Source: a virus. From it: a DNA stretch of 64,000 nucleotides. Within the stretch, counting starts at the first letter, position 1. Each line of letters starts with the position of its first letter. A program made the translations under genes and the position numbers. Where the stretch lies: the IMG/VR virus record IMGVR_UViG_3300023184_003735, positions 32,001-96,000 of that record; one strand, 5' to 3'. Below, piece by piece: positions 1-11,370 of this stretch. A model generated the notes under the pieces. The model searched no databases, was not told where the DNA came from, and saw nothing but the letters and a program-made list of their open reading frames with translations.

Positions 1-2
1 TA

Positions 3-3000
3 AACAATGTTATTTTAACTCGTGATCGAGATTATGTTGTGGCCACCAACGGACCTAGACTTACAATCGGTGTCGCACTTGCTGTTGGTGACACAGTTAC
101 TATTAATGAGTACAGTACCACCTATGGCAGTTTTGTGCCTAACACTCCAAGTAAAATGGGCTTGTATCCCAAGTGGGAACCCGAAATTACCACACTTGTA
201 ACCAGTAATGGTACAGGTGAATTTATTATTGGACATGACGGTAGTGAAACTCCGGTATTTGGAGACATACGAGATCAAGTGCTGTTGGAGTTTGAAACCA
301 GAATCTACAGCAACATCAAACAAGATGGCAATCCAGTACCTCTCACAATTGAAAATGTATTACCTGGCCAGTTCCGTAGCACTGAATACAGTTTTGAAGA
401 AATTAACAATATTTTTGGTACAGATTTATTGAGTTATTGCGGTTGGAACAAATTAGATTATAAATCTCAAACGTTCACCGCCACCAATGAATTCACATGG
501 AACTACAGTAATACTACTAATAAACTCAATAATGAAAATTTACTAGGTGCCTGGCGTGGTATCTATCGCTATTTCTATGACACACAACAGCCTAGTTACA
601 CTCCCTGGGAAATGCTAGGATTAACCACAGAACCTGTCTGGTGGGAAAGTCGTTACGGCCCAGCACCATACACCGCAGACAACTTGGTTCTGTGGGATGA
701 TTTGGCTGCTGGTCTTGTGGCCGATCCTGCGGCACCATACTATAAACCTAAATATGCACGACCTGGTCTAACATCAGTTATTCCCACAGGAACTGAAGGC
801 GAACTATTAAGTCCACAAGACAGTGTAGTAGGCGGTGTGCCGCTCAATCAAAATATTGTCTCCAGATATCAAAAAAGTTGGGCCATTGGCGATGGCGGCC
901 CAGTTGAAGCATCTTGGTGGAATAGTTCTGGATACCCATTCTCAGTAATGCATGTGTTGGCTGTTACTCGTCCAGCAAAGTTCTTTTCTTTGTTTGCTGA
1001 TAGAGATCTGTACAAGTTTGATACAGACTACAACCAATATTTGTACAATGGTCGCTATAGATTAGATGCCAATGGTATTGAAGTATACGGCAATGATGTC
1101 AGTAAAGCCAGCTACATCAACTGGATTGTGGACTACAATAGGCAGACTGGAATTAATTCAACAGATCTGTTGACCGCTGATCTCAAGGCCTTGGATGTTA
1201 GACTATGTTATCGAATGGCCAGTTATTCGGATAAACAGTATATAAAATTAATTACTGAAAAGTCTAGTCCTAATAGCACTAACACAACGTTAACGATTCC
1301 CGATGAAAGTTACAACATCTTGTTGTATAAAAACCAGCCGTTTGATCAAATCCGATACAGTAGTGTGGCAGTGCAAAAAGTTGACGGCGGCTACGCAGTA
1401 TTTGGGTATGGAACAACACAATCTTATTTTGAAATACTACAAAGTCAATCTGTGGGCAAACTACAAGAATACAGTGCAGGTGGGATCACAGTACGTGTGC
1501 CAACTTTTTATTCCGACAATGTGACACAAGTTCCATACGGATTTGTTTTTGTGAACGAAACCGCAGTGAGCGATTTCTTGCTGAGTTATGGCAAACTATT
1601 AGAAAAGCAAGGATTGACATTTACTGATCGAGTGAATGGGTATACCCTAGATTGGTCAAGAATGGTTACTGAGTTTTTGTATTGGAGTCAGCAAGGCTGG
1701 AATACAAATGCCATTATCAACTTGAATCCCTTGGCTGGTGGCCTCACAGTTACCCGCCCTGGGGCAGTAGTTGATAGTATTGTAACTGAAACCAGTGAAA
1801 ACTTATTACTGGATCAAAATTCAAATGAAATCCCCACACGCTCATTAAATGTTGTTCGATTAGGCAACACGTTCACCATACAACCTCTAACTACACAAAG
1901 TATAAGTTATATTAATTTGAGATTTACCAACTACGAACACATGATAGTGTTAGACAATCAAAGTGTGTTTGGAGATTTAATATACAACCCAGTAACAGGT
2001 GCAAGACAAAGTAGATTAAATCTAGTGGCCGTAACTACTAGTGACTGGAACGGAAGTGTAGATACTCCTGGTTTTATTTTAAATCAAGACAATGTGCAGG
2101 AGTGGACTGGCCTAAAGACTTACTCCAAAGGTGAAATTGTTAAGTACAAAAATGTATACTGGTCTGCATTGACCATTGTACAACCCAGCATCAAATTTGA
2201 TTTTAATGTTTGGGCACAGAGTGATTACACTCAACTTGAATTAGGTTTACTACCAAACCTGGCCAATAAAGCTGACCAATTAGCCAACAGTTATAATATC
2301 AATGCCGCTAATATTGAAACTGATAATGATTTATTATCGTACGGCTTGATTGGTTTTAAACCTCGACAATATCTGGCCGCATTGAATCTTGATGATGTTA
2401 GCCAAGTCAATGTGTATCGTCAATTCCTAGGAACCAAAGGTACCATCTTGGCAGCCGAATTGTTCAAAGCCGCCAACCTAGGCAAAGAAGCTGCTGACTA
2501 TACCATCTATGAAAACTGGGCAGTACAACGTGCAGTATACGGCGCCAATGCCAATCGCAGTTTCTTTGAATTGAGATTGAATCGTGCATTACTGGATAGT
2601 AATCCTAGTTTGGTACAGGTTGTCGTGCCACAACAATCAAGCGAAGCAGACCAAACTATTTTTCTAACAGATGTGTGGCGGTCAAGTTATAAACTTACCA
2701 GCACCGCGATTCTTCCTACCACAACTGAATTGCCCACTGACGTTGGGTTGCCTTCGGCAGGGTATGTAAGTCTCAATGATACCGACATCACAGTGTTTGA
2801 TATCACAAACACAGCCAGTCTGGCAGCCAACATAGATTCAATTGAAGTAGGCACAAGTATCTGGGTGGCCAAGATCAACGATTATGACTGGGGAATTTAT
2901 CGTGCTCAAGCAGTACCCGGACAGATACAACACGTTTGCGACAACTTGAATGGTACAAGCCGTGTGATTTTTAATGATCAGCACGGCTTAGCAGTTGGCG

Positions 3001-6000
3001 ATAAACTGATTATCAAATTCTTTGACAGTGAAATCAATGGCGTGTACCAGGTACTCAGTGTACCGAGCCTTGATACTGTGAACATTGCATTTGCGTTTAC
3101 TAGCAATCGTTCAGTGGCAAATGGAACAGGCATTGGCTTTACATTGCAAACCATGCGAGTTGCACAAGCCAGCGATGTTGATAACTTACCATATGCTTTG
3201 AATATTTTACCTGGTGCCAAAGTTTGGGTCGACGACAATGGCGAAGGTTTGTGGGAAGTACTGCAAAAGAACAACGTGTTCTCAAGTATTATTGCACTAA
3301 GTCCAGTATTACTTGACGCAAGTGAGCAGTATGGTGCTAGTGTAACACAAGCCAGAAACAAAATTGCCGCGCTGGTAGGTAGTCCACGCTATGGTTTTAA
3401 TAGTGGTGTTGCCAAAGGTGCAGTGTATGTTTATGTAAAGAGTTATAGTGATCAATACACACCAGTGAGTCCTTTGGGCACCGGTGATGCAATTCTTACG
3501 CTAGATGTTGCGGGTGTACGTGGTTATGGTAATGCTGTGGACTTTGGTAATCAATCATGGGCAGTGGCCGGAGCCAGTGCCAGTTTAGGTCCAGGCAGTG
3601 AACCCGACAACGGCTATGCCTGTGTGATCTATCGTGATCCAGTGTTGGGCGTGCCTGGATCTATCCCATACGGCCAGTGGCAGTTGCTCACACAGCCTGG
3701 CACAACTACATCAACTACTCCGGGTGCTGGAGAATTTGGTTACAGTGTGGCCATGAGTCTAGACGAGCGTTGGATGTACATTGGAGCACCCGGTTTAAAT
3801 AGTGTACATGCCTATGGTTATGTTGATTGGCAAGATCAATTTGTCAAAGTATTAGCTGATGGTACAACCAAATCTTTTGCAATCAACAACGCTATACAAA
3901 TCAACAACAAATATCAACTCAAGGTTACATTGAACGGTCAGGTGCAAACAGTTGATGTTGATTATACAATTGACAACAATTTTAACCTAGTTACTTTAAC
4001 TAATAACCCAGGGGTGGCTACAGCAGGAAGTTTTGTTTCAGGACAAACATACACTATTCTTAGCGTAGGAACCACTAACTTTGTTGCCATTGGTGCCAGT
4101 TCAAACACAGTGGGAGTTGAATTTATTGCTACCGGAGCAGGATCAGGAACTGGTACTGCATTAGCACCAACTCAAATTGAGTTTGCACGTTACAACAGTT
4201 TTCAAATTCCTTATACTGCAACCACTTACAATCTCGACGATGCCGTCAACGCCGACGGTCGCAGAGTTGGATTATTTACAGCCACAAATATATATTCGTT
4301 CAGCATCAAGGTCAATGAAGACTTGTTACGCCCTAATATTGACTATACATTTGCCGGTACAACCGTAACTTTTACTGGATCATACGTTGCGGCTGACATT
4401 ATTGTGGTCAATGCTAAAGGATATTTTGAATATGTAGACACAATTGATTCCAGCATGGTCACAGGTGGACTAACTGCTGGAGACAGATTTGGACAAGCAG
4501 TTTCATGTACCACAGATGGCCGACAAGTTTTAATTGGCACACCATATAAATCCATAGTTAATGCTATCAGTAGCGCCAGTGCATCCGGAGTTGCGGTAGC
4601 AGGAACCGCATCATATTCTAATCTTTATCAATATAGTACCAGTGGATCTGGGTATGGTGCAATATTTAATGTAACACGTACCAATCAAACATATTCAATT
4701 AGTCTGATCGAAGGCGGTCAAGATTATAATATTAATGACACTATTACTATCTTAGGAACTCTATTAGGTGGTACTACTGGTAATAACTTAACAATTACTG
4801 TTGGTACTGTAAAAACTTTTACAGAAGCTGGGTCAGTGTATGTGTTTGATCGCAATGTACAAAAATTCATCTATGGTACAGATCCTTCCAGCGTGAGTTT
4901 TACAGTGCTAGGCGGAGCACCAACAGCACCAGTAAGCGTGATTGTTAACAATCAATTCTACATCAATCAAACCAACAGTGTGATCAATAACCCTGACTCA
5001 TTCACTGTGAGCGGTGATGTGGTTACCATACTTGGCGACTTGCAAATTGGTGATGTGATTGAAATTGAAACAAATCAATTCCAGCAAGTACAAGAAGTTG
5101 ATCAACACGTGATTGCAGAGTTTTCAAACTTTGGACAATCTGTAGATATCTGTGCCAACAATTGTAGTCTGTATGTGGGCGAACCACAGAGCAGTCAGCA
5201 AATATTCAAAGGCGGTGTGGTTGAACGTTTTGTAAACCAAAGTCGCATCTATGGCACAATCACTGCCACAGTGGCCAACCCTACACTCACTGCTGGTAAC
5301 ACAATCAGAATTAACAATATAGATGTTGAAGTCCCAGTTACATATGTAAATGCAGCCGGCCAGACTGTAGCCGGTAATAATGTTAATGGTCTAGCATGGG
5401 CAATCAATAACACAGTGCCAAACGTGTTGGCCACAGTCAGCACCACTGGATATCTCACAATCAGTGTCAAGAATTCTGCGGCAGCCGCACCGTTCAACAA
5501 GGTGCAAGTGGCGCCAGGCTCAGTGGGCACAACATTTGCTGATCTAGGATTTGAAACTTTTGCCTGGACACAAACAATTACCAGCCCATATCCTGTGCAG
5601 TATGCAGGGTTCGGTAGTGCTATCAGCATCAATGACTCAGCAGTGAACTTGGTGGTTGGTGCACCACAAGGTACAATTTATCTTGAAACTGTGTTTGATG
5701 ATGGCACCACAATATTTGACGCTGGTAGCACAGTATTCTTCTCGGTAATTGTGCAAAGTGGAGCAATTTACACATTTGACTATTTGCCAAGCAACACACT
5801 GACCATAACCAACCCTGGTAAATTTGTGTTTGGACAGCAAGTCAACAACAGTCAAATTGGACCATATGATACATTTGGTGCCGCAGTAAACTATACTTCG
5901 GGTGTGTTGATGATCGGTGCTCCCAAGAACGATGTTGGCGATAGTGATGCAAATTTTGGAGCTGTGTTTGTGTTTGAAAATCCTTCAGACGCACCTGCCT

Positions 6001-9000
6001 GGTCCGTGGCACAAATACAACAACCCACAGTCGACATTCGATTGTTAAATAGTGTATTCTTGTATGATAGAATAACAAGTGCTCGAACCGAGTTTTTAGA
6101 TTTTATTAACCCATTACAAGGTAAGATACTGGGTGCGGCACGTGCCAACATTGATTACATTGGCTCGATAGATCCTGCCGCATACAACACAGGACCAGTT
6201 AATATTCAAGGTACCACGTGGTTTGCAGATCACGTGGGAGAAATTTGGTGGGACATTAGCACAGTGAGATTTATTGACCCTAATCAAGATTCAATTGTGT
6301 ACGCCAGCCGACGTTGGGCACAGATATTCCCAGGCAGCGAAATTGATGTATATCAGTGGATACAAAGCACAACACCCCCTGCATCGTATACTGGTGAAGG
6401 TATACCATTAAACTCTGCATCTTATACGGTTAACACAAATCTTTCACAAGATGGAACATTTGCTACCTATTATTATTTCTGGGTTCGTGGCATCACAGTG
6501 ACAGCAACTCAATTGGGCAAAACGTTGCCAGCCATCACAGTTGCATCATATATTGCCGATGCCAAGGCTAGCGGCATAGCCTATCTAGCACCAATCAATG
6601 CCAGTACAATTGCATTATACAACAGTGCTGACTATATTTCTGCTAGTGATACTGTTATCAGTATTGAGTACGACCGCGAATACACCAACGATAATGTACA
6701 CGTTGAATATGAGTTGATTCCACAAGATCGTGCTGATGGATTCTTGAGCGACGGTCTATACCGTAAGTTACAGGATAGTTTCTGCGGAGTAGATACATTT
6801 GGTAACAAAGTGCCAGACCCTAATCTTGGTCCTGCAGAACGTTATGGAGTACAATTCCGTCCACGCCAATCAATGTTTGTAGATCGTTTTGCGGCACTAA
6901 AAAATTATTTAAAACGTGCAAACGTTGTGTTGGCACAATATCCCATTAGCGAAAGCAGAAGTTTCAATTTGCTCAACAGCAGTGAGCCCATTCCGCCACA
7001 AACCGAAATTGTGAACAACGTCACTGTAACCAACTGGAATCTACAAGTGGCCAATTTGGAAGTACTAGGATTTCAAACACCATTCTGGTCTAATATCAGT
7101 GGATCAATACCTTTAGGTTACAAATATCTTGTGACCACTGACAGTAGTCAACGCGGCTTATGGACAATTTATACTGTTCAAGAAAGCGACACTCAAGCCA
7201 ACACAAGAGTGCTAAAACTAACACGAGTACAAGGTTACAATACCCCCGATTATTGGAGTTATATCAATTGGTACCGCCCGGGATACAATTCTAGCACTAA
7301 AATCGTAGTCGAAGTGTCCACATACTCAGCATTGGCCACTCTTACTGTGCCAGTTGGTAGTAGCGTTAAAGTTACTGCTAATGCCCAAGGCAAATTTGAA
7401 ATATATTTAAAAACTAACCTAGGTTGGGAACGGGTGGCACTGCAAGATGGTACCATTGAGTTTTCTGCAGAACTTTGGGATTATGCTGTGGGTCGCTTTG
7501 GATTTGATGTTGAAGTTTATGATGCACAATACTTTGATCAAGAACCAGTAACAGAAACCCGCAAAATCATCCAAGCCATCAATGAAGAATTGTTAATAGA
7601 TGACCTAGCAATTCAACGCAACAAGGCCTTGGTGCTGATGTTTAACTTTGTGTTGAGCGAATTTTCTGCACCTGAATGGTTGGTCAAGACCAGTTTAATT
7701 GACGTGGATCACAACATCCGTCAATTGATTCCTTATCAAAATTACACAATCGACAATCAAGAGTTTGTTAGTGATTACATTCAAGAAGTCAAACCTTATC
7801 ACGTGAGTATTCGAGAATTTAACTTAAAGTACACTGGATTTGATGAATTCTTTGGAGACTTGACCGACTTTGACGTACCTGCTTATTACAATACGTCTTT
7901 GGAAATACCTAAATTCACAAGTCCAATCTTGTTGCCATATGACCATGGCACTGCGTTTAATTCTGGAACCAATACGCAAAGTGATTTACCAGCAACTAGC
8001 CCTGTGTGGAGTACATGGCCATACAATCAATGGTACAGTAATTATTTGTTGGTGCTTGACAGTGTGGAAATTATTGACGGTGGATCAGCATATACTGAAC
8101 CACCAGTGGTTATAATTACAGGTGATGCATTGATACCAGCAGAGGCCACTGCGGTAATCAGCAGTCTAGGCCGAGTAGTAGCCGTAAATGTTACCAGTTC
8201 AGGATCAGGATACAATCAAACTCCCACTATTACATTTGATGGTGGTAATGGTGTTGCGGCCCGTGCCTACGCTAGAATGACCAACAATCTTGTGCGCAGT
8301 TTCCGCACAGTAATCAAGTATGACCGTTTTCAATATTTTAGCGATGTGTTGACTTGGAGTCCAAATGGAGTTTACTACTCGGACATGCTGGTCCGTTATG
8401 ATAATCGTGTGTGGATCGCTACTCCTGCTGACTCTTCAGGTGCACCAATTGTAGGGCCGACATTTAATCTTGAAGATTGGACTGTGGTACCAGCCAAGGA
8501 TTTAACCGGCGTCAATCGTACCATGGGCTATTACGTTCCTGGAGTTAATCAACCTGGGCTTGAGTTACCATTGCTGATCGATGGCGTTGATTATCCAGGT
8601 GTACAGGTCTACGGTGATTACTTCCTGAGAAATCCACTATCCATAGATGCCAACTATTCTAGTGAATTTACAGATGTCACACTAGGTGATCTGCCCACTG
8701 ATATCAATGTTGATGGCGGTGAATTTATCGGCTTGTACGAAGGTCATGCTCCAGAAGAATTAATCAACGGTGCAGAATTTGACACTCTTGACTTCCGTGT
8801 TTACACACGTCCGGGTGCAGATTGGAACAGAGATGGACATGGATTCCAATGGAGCAGTGCTCGTTATACATATGATCCTGTGATCGAAACAGCATACAGT
8901 TGGGCTGGAATAACAAACCATCCAGTACAAGTATTGGTTAGCAACATCACTACTGGCACTGACCTTGCACTTGATGTTGATTACACCGTTGACTGGGTTA

Positions 9001-11201
9001 ATCAAACAGTTTCTTTGCTGACAGCAACATCAGGCAATCAATTCCAAATTAATGTGTTTGAACTAGGTGGCGGCAGTCAATTGTACCGTGCCAATTACAT
9101 TGGCGGAGATATTGGTGAGACTGTGGTGGTTCCAGTTGGATCAACAGAAATTACCAGCATTGCTGTGTTTGTAAATGGCGCCAATGTTGATAGCGTGACC
9201 TGGACCCCATATGTCGACAGCGTCAATTGGAATATACTAGATACCTACAGCAAGTTAGATATTGTCAATAACGCAGGCAATTACTACAGAGCATTACAAG
9301 ATGTACCAGTTGGCACAAGCATTGCCAACGTATTGTATTGGTTTGAATTTGTCCCAACTGCTGAAAGTTTGGTGGATTTTGGTACTGACTACGGTGCCAC
9401 AGACGGCATTGCCATGGTAGTATTTGGAACAACCACCATAGACGCCGGTTATTTTGTAATTGGTAAATCATACACAATTACCACAGTTGGTACAACCAAT
9501 TGGACTGCTATAGGTGCCGCATCTAATACACCGGGTGTTAGTTTTACAGCCACCGGAATTGGCTCGGGCACTGGTCAAGCAAGTACTGCTTACAGTTGGA
9601 GTACTCCGCAGGTGCAATATCAAGTGGCTGATAATAATCTTGTGACTAACAAGATTGTCTATTTGACCAATAGTGTTCAAGGCACCAATCCAGTCAACGC
9701 AGTAGTCACCCTTGATGGATTCAGATTACAACCTCCTGCGGGAATTGAATGGATTGGCGATGACTCCAGTGTAAGTTTTGGGCTACCACAACGCCTGGGA
9801 GCGACGTTCGTACAATCTTCAATCAATGCACCCACCGATATTAGTGTATGGATTGACAACATTCTGCAGATACAAAGTGTTGGCCCAGTTACAGGTAATT
9901 ATAGCGTGACTGCGTGGACCGGTAGCAACACTCCGGGACGTCAAGTGGTGTTTACAACCCCACCACCAAGCGGCGCAAGAATTTTAATTACTGTAAGTAC
10001 TTTGGCCGATTATGCAATCGTCGCCAACCAGTTACAAATCTCAGCGTCAATATCATTAGGACAAACAGTTGCAGTAACCACATGGAATGATACTGCACAG
10101 TTATGGCCGTTGACCTTGGTATTCAAAGGCCCAGTCATAGACAGCATAACAGTCTCAGAAGGCTACGACGAAACCAACTATAGTCCAGATACAATAAATA
10201 ACGCTCCTGGGTCGTTTGACTATTCTGCAGGAAACACAATATACAAAAACAATTTCTATCTAGAAAGAAGTTTGAATAATGCCAGCAGACTTTGGGTAAC
10301 ACTGAATACAGGATCGGGTGGAAAAAGACTATTTGAAGGTATAGATTATACTGTGAGTGGTGATTACTTGATATTGGCCAGCGGCGTAATTGGTGTCAGC
10401 GATGTCTTGGTGGTTGAAGCATTTACCAATAGCATTGTGCCCGAAGCAATGGCCTTCCGCATATTCCAAGACATGCGTGGAGTACAGGCCACCTATAGAA
10501 TTACAGAAGCCACAACCACAACACTGGCACAAGATTTATCAAGCACAGCCGACATTGCTTATGTTACCAATATACAAGCATTGAGCGAGCCGGATCTAGC
10601 AACCGGTATTTTTGGTGTAATCACAATCGATGGTGAACGTATCATGTATCGTGAACGCGATATTATATCTAGTAGCATTTTGGGACTCATGCGCGGCACA
10701 GCAGGTACAGGTGCCTCAGATCATACTACTGGCACCGATGTATATGACATGGGTCGCGGCAACTTATTGCCTGAACAGTTCCAGAACTACATTGTGAGCG
10801 ACTCGACTCTTGGAGATGATAGCACAACGGTGTTCTACGCACCCAGTATCAACGTTGCTAATTTTGAAGATTCTGCAGTTGAAGTAAATGCAATTGAAGT
10901 TTACGTAGGCGGAATACGCCAATACGCTGAAAGTAATGACGGTTCAACACTGATTACAACGCCAAGCCAATACAGATGGAATTGCACCAATGGGGGCGGG
11001 GACAATACTCCACTTACAATTGAGTTTGTTGTAGACTACAACGTTTCCCCACCATTACTACCGCCAGCGTCAGGAGTAGAAGTTACAATCCTGGTGCGAC
11101 AGGGAGTGACTTGGTATGCACCCGGAGACGGTACTGCAAGTGATGGAATCGCACTACAAGATACCGAAACGCAAGCCGCAAGGTTCTTGCGTGGGTCATA
11201 A
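3..11201 (+). CDS. Giant virion structural protein (baseplate/tail-associated), 5'-truncated, >3,730 aa
   Basis: Frame is open from position 3 (NNVILTRDRDYVVAT...), so the gene starts before the window. It has FG-GAP-like propeller motifs (FGYSVAMS...IGAPG, GAVYVY), repeated NGxxxxxxxDYT beta modules and a T/S/G/N-rich composition, and lies upstream of a tail fibre gene. Confidence 0.75.
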   Translation, partial: NNVILTRDRDYVVATNGPRLTIGVALAVGDTVTINEYSTTYGSFVPNTPSKMGLYPKWEPEITTLVTSNGTGEFIIGHDGSETPVFGDIRDQVLLEFETRIYSNIKQDGNPVPLTIENVLPGQFRSTEYSFEEINNIFGTDLLSYCGWNKLDYKSQTFTATNEFTWNYSNTTNKLNNENLLGAWRGIYRYFYDTQQPSYTPWEMLGLTTEPVWWESRYGPAPYTADNLVLWDDLAAGLVADPAAPYYKPKYARPGLTSVIPTGTEGELLSPQDSVVGGVPLNQNIVSRYQKSWAIGDGGPVEASWWNSSGYPFSVMHVLAVTRPAKFFSLFADRDLYKFDTDYNQYLYNGRYRLDANGIEVYGNDVSKASYINWIVDYNRQTGINSTDLLTADLKALDVRLCYRMASYSDKQYIKLITEKSSPNSTNTTLTIPDESYNILLYKNQPFDQIRYSSVAVQKVDGGYAVFGYGTTQSYFEILQSQSVGKLQEYSAGGITVRVPTFYSDNVTQVPYGFVFVNETAVSDFLLSYGKLLEKQGLTFTDRVNGYTLDWSRMVTEFLYWSQQGWNTNAIINLNPLAGGLTVTRPGAVVDSIVTETSENLLLDQNSNEIPTRSLNVVRLGNTFTIQPLTTQSISYINLRFTNYEHMIVLDNQSVFGDLIYNPVTGARQSRLNLVAVTTSDWNGSVDTPGFILNQDNVQEWTGLKTYSKGEIVKYKNVYWSALTIVQPSIKFDFNVWAQSDYTQLELGLLPNLANKADQLANSYNINAANIETDNDLLSYGLIGFKPRQYLAALNLDDVSQVNVYRQFLGTKGTILAAELFKAANLGKEAADYTIYENWAVQRAVYGANANRSFFELRLNRALLDSNPSLVQVVVPQQSSEADQTIFLTDVWRSSYKLTSTAILPTTTELPTDVGLPSAGYVSLNDTDITVFDITNTASLAANIDSIEVGTSIWVAKINDYDWGIYRAQAVPGQIQHVCDNLNGTSRVIFNDQHGLAVGDKLIIKFFDSEINGVYQVLSVPSLDTVNIAFAFTSNRSVANGTGIGFTLQTMRVAQASDVDNLPYALNILPGAKVWVDDNGEGLWEVLQKNNVFSSIIALSPVLLDASEQYGASVTQARNKIAALVGSPRYGFNSGVAKGAVYVYVKSYSDQYTPVSPLGTGDAILTLDVAGVRGYGNAVDFGNQSWAVAGASASLGPGSEPDNGYACVIYRDPVLGVPGSIPYGQWQLLTQPGTTTSTTPGAGEFGYSVAMSLDERWMYIGAPGLNSVHAYGYVDWQDQFVKVLADGTTKSFAINNAIQINNKYQLKVTLNGQVQTVDVDYTIDNNFNLVTLTNNPGVATAGSFVSGQTYTILSVGTTNFVAIGASSNTVGVEFIATGAGSGTGTALAPTQIEFARYNSFQIPYTATTYNLDDAVNADGRRVGLFTATNIYSFSIKVNEDLLRPNIDYTFAGTTVTFTGSYVAADIIVVNAKGYFEYVDTIDSSMVTGGLTAGDRFGQAVSCTTDGRQVLIGTPYKSIVNAISSASASGVAVAGTASYSNLYQYSTSGSGYGAIFNVTRTNQTYSISLIEGGQDYNINDTITILGTLLGGTTGNNLTITVGTVKTFTEAGSVYVFDRNVQKFIYGTDPSSVSFTVLGGAPTAPVSVIVNNQFYINQTNSVINNPDSFTVSGDVVTILGDLQIGDVIEIETNQFQQVQEVDQHVIAEFSNFGQSVDICANNCSLYVGEPQSSQQIFKGGVVERFVNQSRIYGTITATVANPTLTAGNTIRINNIDVEVPVTYVNAAGQTVAGNNVNGLAWAINNTVPNVLATVSTTGYLTISVKNSAAAAPFNKVQVAPGSVGTTFADLGFETFAWTQTITSPYPVQYAGFGSAISINDSAVNLVVGAPQGTIYLETVFDDGTTIFDAGSTVFFSVIVQSGAIYTFDYLPSNTLTITNPGKFVFGQQVNNSQIGPYDTFGAAVNYTSGVLMIGAPKNDVGDSDANFGAVFVFENPSDAPAWSVAQIQQPTVDIRLLNSVFLYDRITSARTEFLDFINPLQGKILGAARANIDYIGSIDPAAYNTGPVNIQGTTWFADHVGEIWWDISTVRFIDPNQDSIVYASRRWAQIFPGSEIDVYQWIQSTTPPASYTGEGIPLNSASYTVNTNLSQDGTFATYYYFWVRGITVTATQLGKTLPAITVASYIADAKASGIAYLAPINASTIALYNSADYISASDTVISIEYDREYTNDNVHVEYELIPQDRADGFLSDGLYRKLQDSFCGVDTFGNKVPDPNLGPAERYGVQFRPRQSMFVDRFAALKNYLKRANVVLAQYPISESRSFNLLNSSEPIPPQTEIVNNVTVTNWNLQVANLEVLGFQTPFWSNISGSIPLGYKYLVTTDSSQRGLWTIYTVQESDTQANTRVLKLTRVQGYNTPDYWSYINWYRPGYNSSTKIVVEVSTYSALATLTVPVGSSVKVTANAQGKFEIYLKTNLGWERVALQDGTIEFSAELWDYAVGRFGFDVEVYDAQYFDQEPVTETRKIIQAINEELLIDDLAIQRNKALVLMFNFVLSEFSAPEWLVKTSLIDVDHNIRQLIPYQNYTIDNQEFVSDYIQEVKPYHVSIREFNLKYTGFDEFFGDLTDFDVPAYYNTSLEIPKFTSPILLPYDHGTAFNSGTNTQSDLPATSPVWSTWPYNQWYSNYLLVLDSVEIIDGGSAYTEPPVVIITGDALIPAEATAVISSLGRVVAVNVTSSGSGYNQTPTITFDGGNGVAARAYARMTNNLVRSFRTVIKYDRFQYFSDVLTWSPNGVYYSDMLVRYDNRVWIATPADSSGAPIVGPTFNLEDWTVVPAKDLTGVNRTMGYYVPGVNQPGLELPLLIDGVDYPGVQVYGDYFLRNPLSIDANYSSEFTDVTLGDLPTDINVDGGEFIGLYEGHAPEELINGAEFDTLDFRVYTRPGADWNRDGHGFQWSSARYTYDPVIETAYSWAGITNHPVQVLVSNITTGTDLALDVDYTVDWVNQTVSLLTATSGNQFQINVFELGGGSQLYRANYIGGDIGETVVVPVGSTEITSIAVFVNGANVDSVTWTPYVDSVNWNILDTYSKLDIVNNAGNYYRALQDVPVGTSIANVLYWFEFVPTAESLVDFGTDYGATDGIAMVVFGTTTIDAGYFVIGKSYTITTVGTTNWTAIGAASNTPGVSFTATGIGSGTGQASTAYSWSTPQVQYQVADNNLVTNKIVYLTNSVQGTNPVNAVVTLDGFRLQPPAGIEWIGDDSSVSFGLPQRLGATFVQSSINAPTDISVWIDNILQIQSVGPVTGNYSVTAWTGSNTPGRQVVFTTPPPSGARILITVSTLADYAIVANQLQISASISLGQTVAVTTWNDTAQLWPLTLVFKGPVIDSITVSEGYDETNYSPDTINNAPGSFDYSAGNTIYKNNFYLERSLNNASRLWVTLNTGSGGKRLFEGIDYTVSGDYLILASGVIGVSDVLVVEAFTNSIVPEAMAFRIFQDMRGVQATYRITEATTTTLAQDLSSTADIAYVTNIQALSEPDLATGIFGVITIDGERIMYRERDIISSSILGLMRGTAGTGASDHTTGTDVYDMGRGNLLPEQFQNYIVSDSTLGDDSTTVFYAPSINVANFEDSAVEVNAIEVYVGGIRQYAESNDGSTLITTPSQYRWNCTNGGGDNTPLTIEFVVDYNVSPPLLPPASGVEVTILVRQGVTWYAPGDGTASDGIALQDTETQAARFLRGS
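4023..9581 (+). repeat. Two copies (about 4023-4160 and 9444-9581) of a ~46-aa module inside the giant protein
   Basis: AGSFVSGQTYTILSVGTTNFVAIGASSNTVGVEFIATGAGSGTGTA versus AGYFVIGKSYTITTVGTTNWTAIGAASNTPGVSFTATGIGSGTGQA. Confidence 0.85.
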
Positions 11202-11220
11202 ACAAGGTAAATAAAAGACC

Positions 11221-11370
11221 ATGTCAAATACACAGCAAAATTACACAGTTGAGCCCAAAAAAGAGCAAAAGCCCAGCAAACCCAACGAGACCGGCACCGT
11301 TAATGTGCAAGGGCATTTTAGAGTGTTTGATCCAAAAACACAAAAGACCTATGTGGAGGGACGAGCATGA
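11221..11370 (+). CDS. Small virion-module protein (49 aa, absent from the ORF track)
   Basis: MSNTQQ...VQGHFRVFDPKTQKTYVEGRA*. TAAATA lies upstream, the stop overlaps the next start (ATGA), and the sequence resembles the next protein's N-terminus (ITGHVKIHDPANGEIF). Confidence 0.7.
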   Translation: MSNTQQNYTVEPKKEQKPSKPNETGTVNVQGHFRVFDPKTQKTYVEGRA

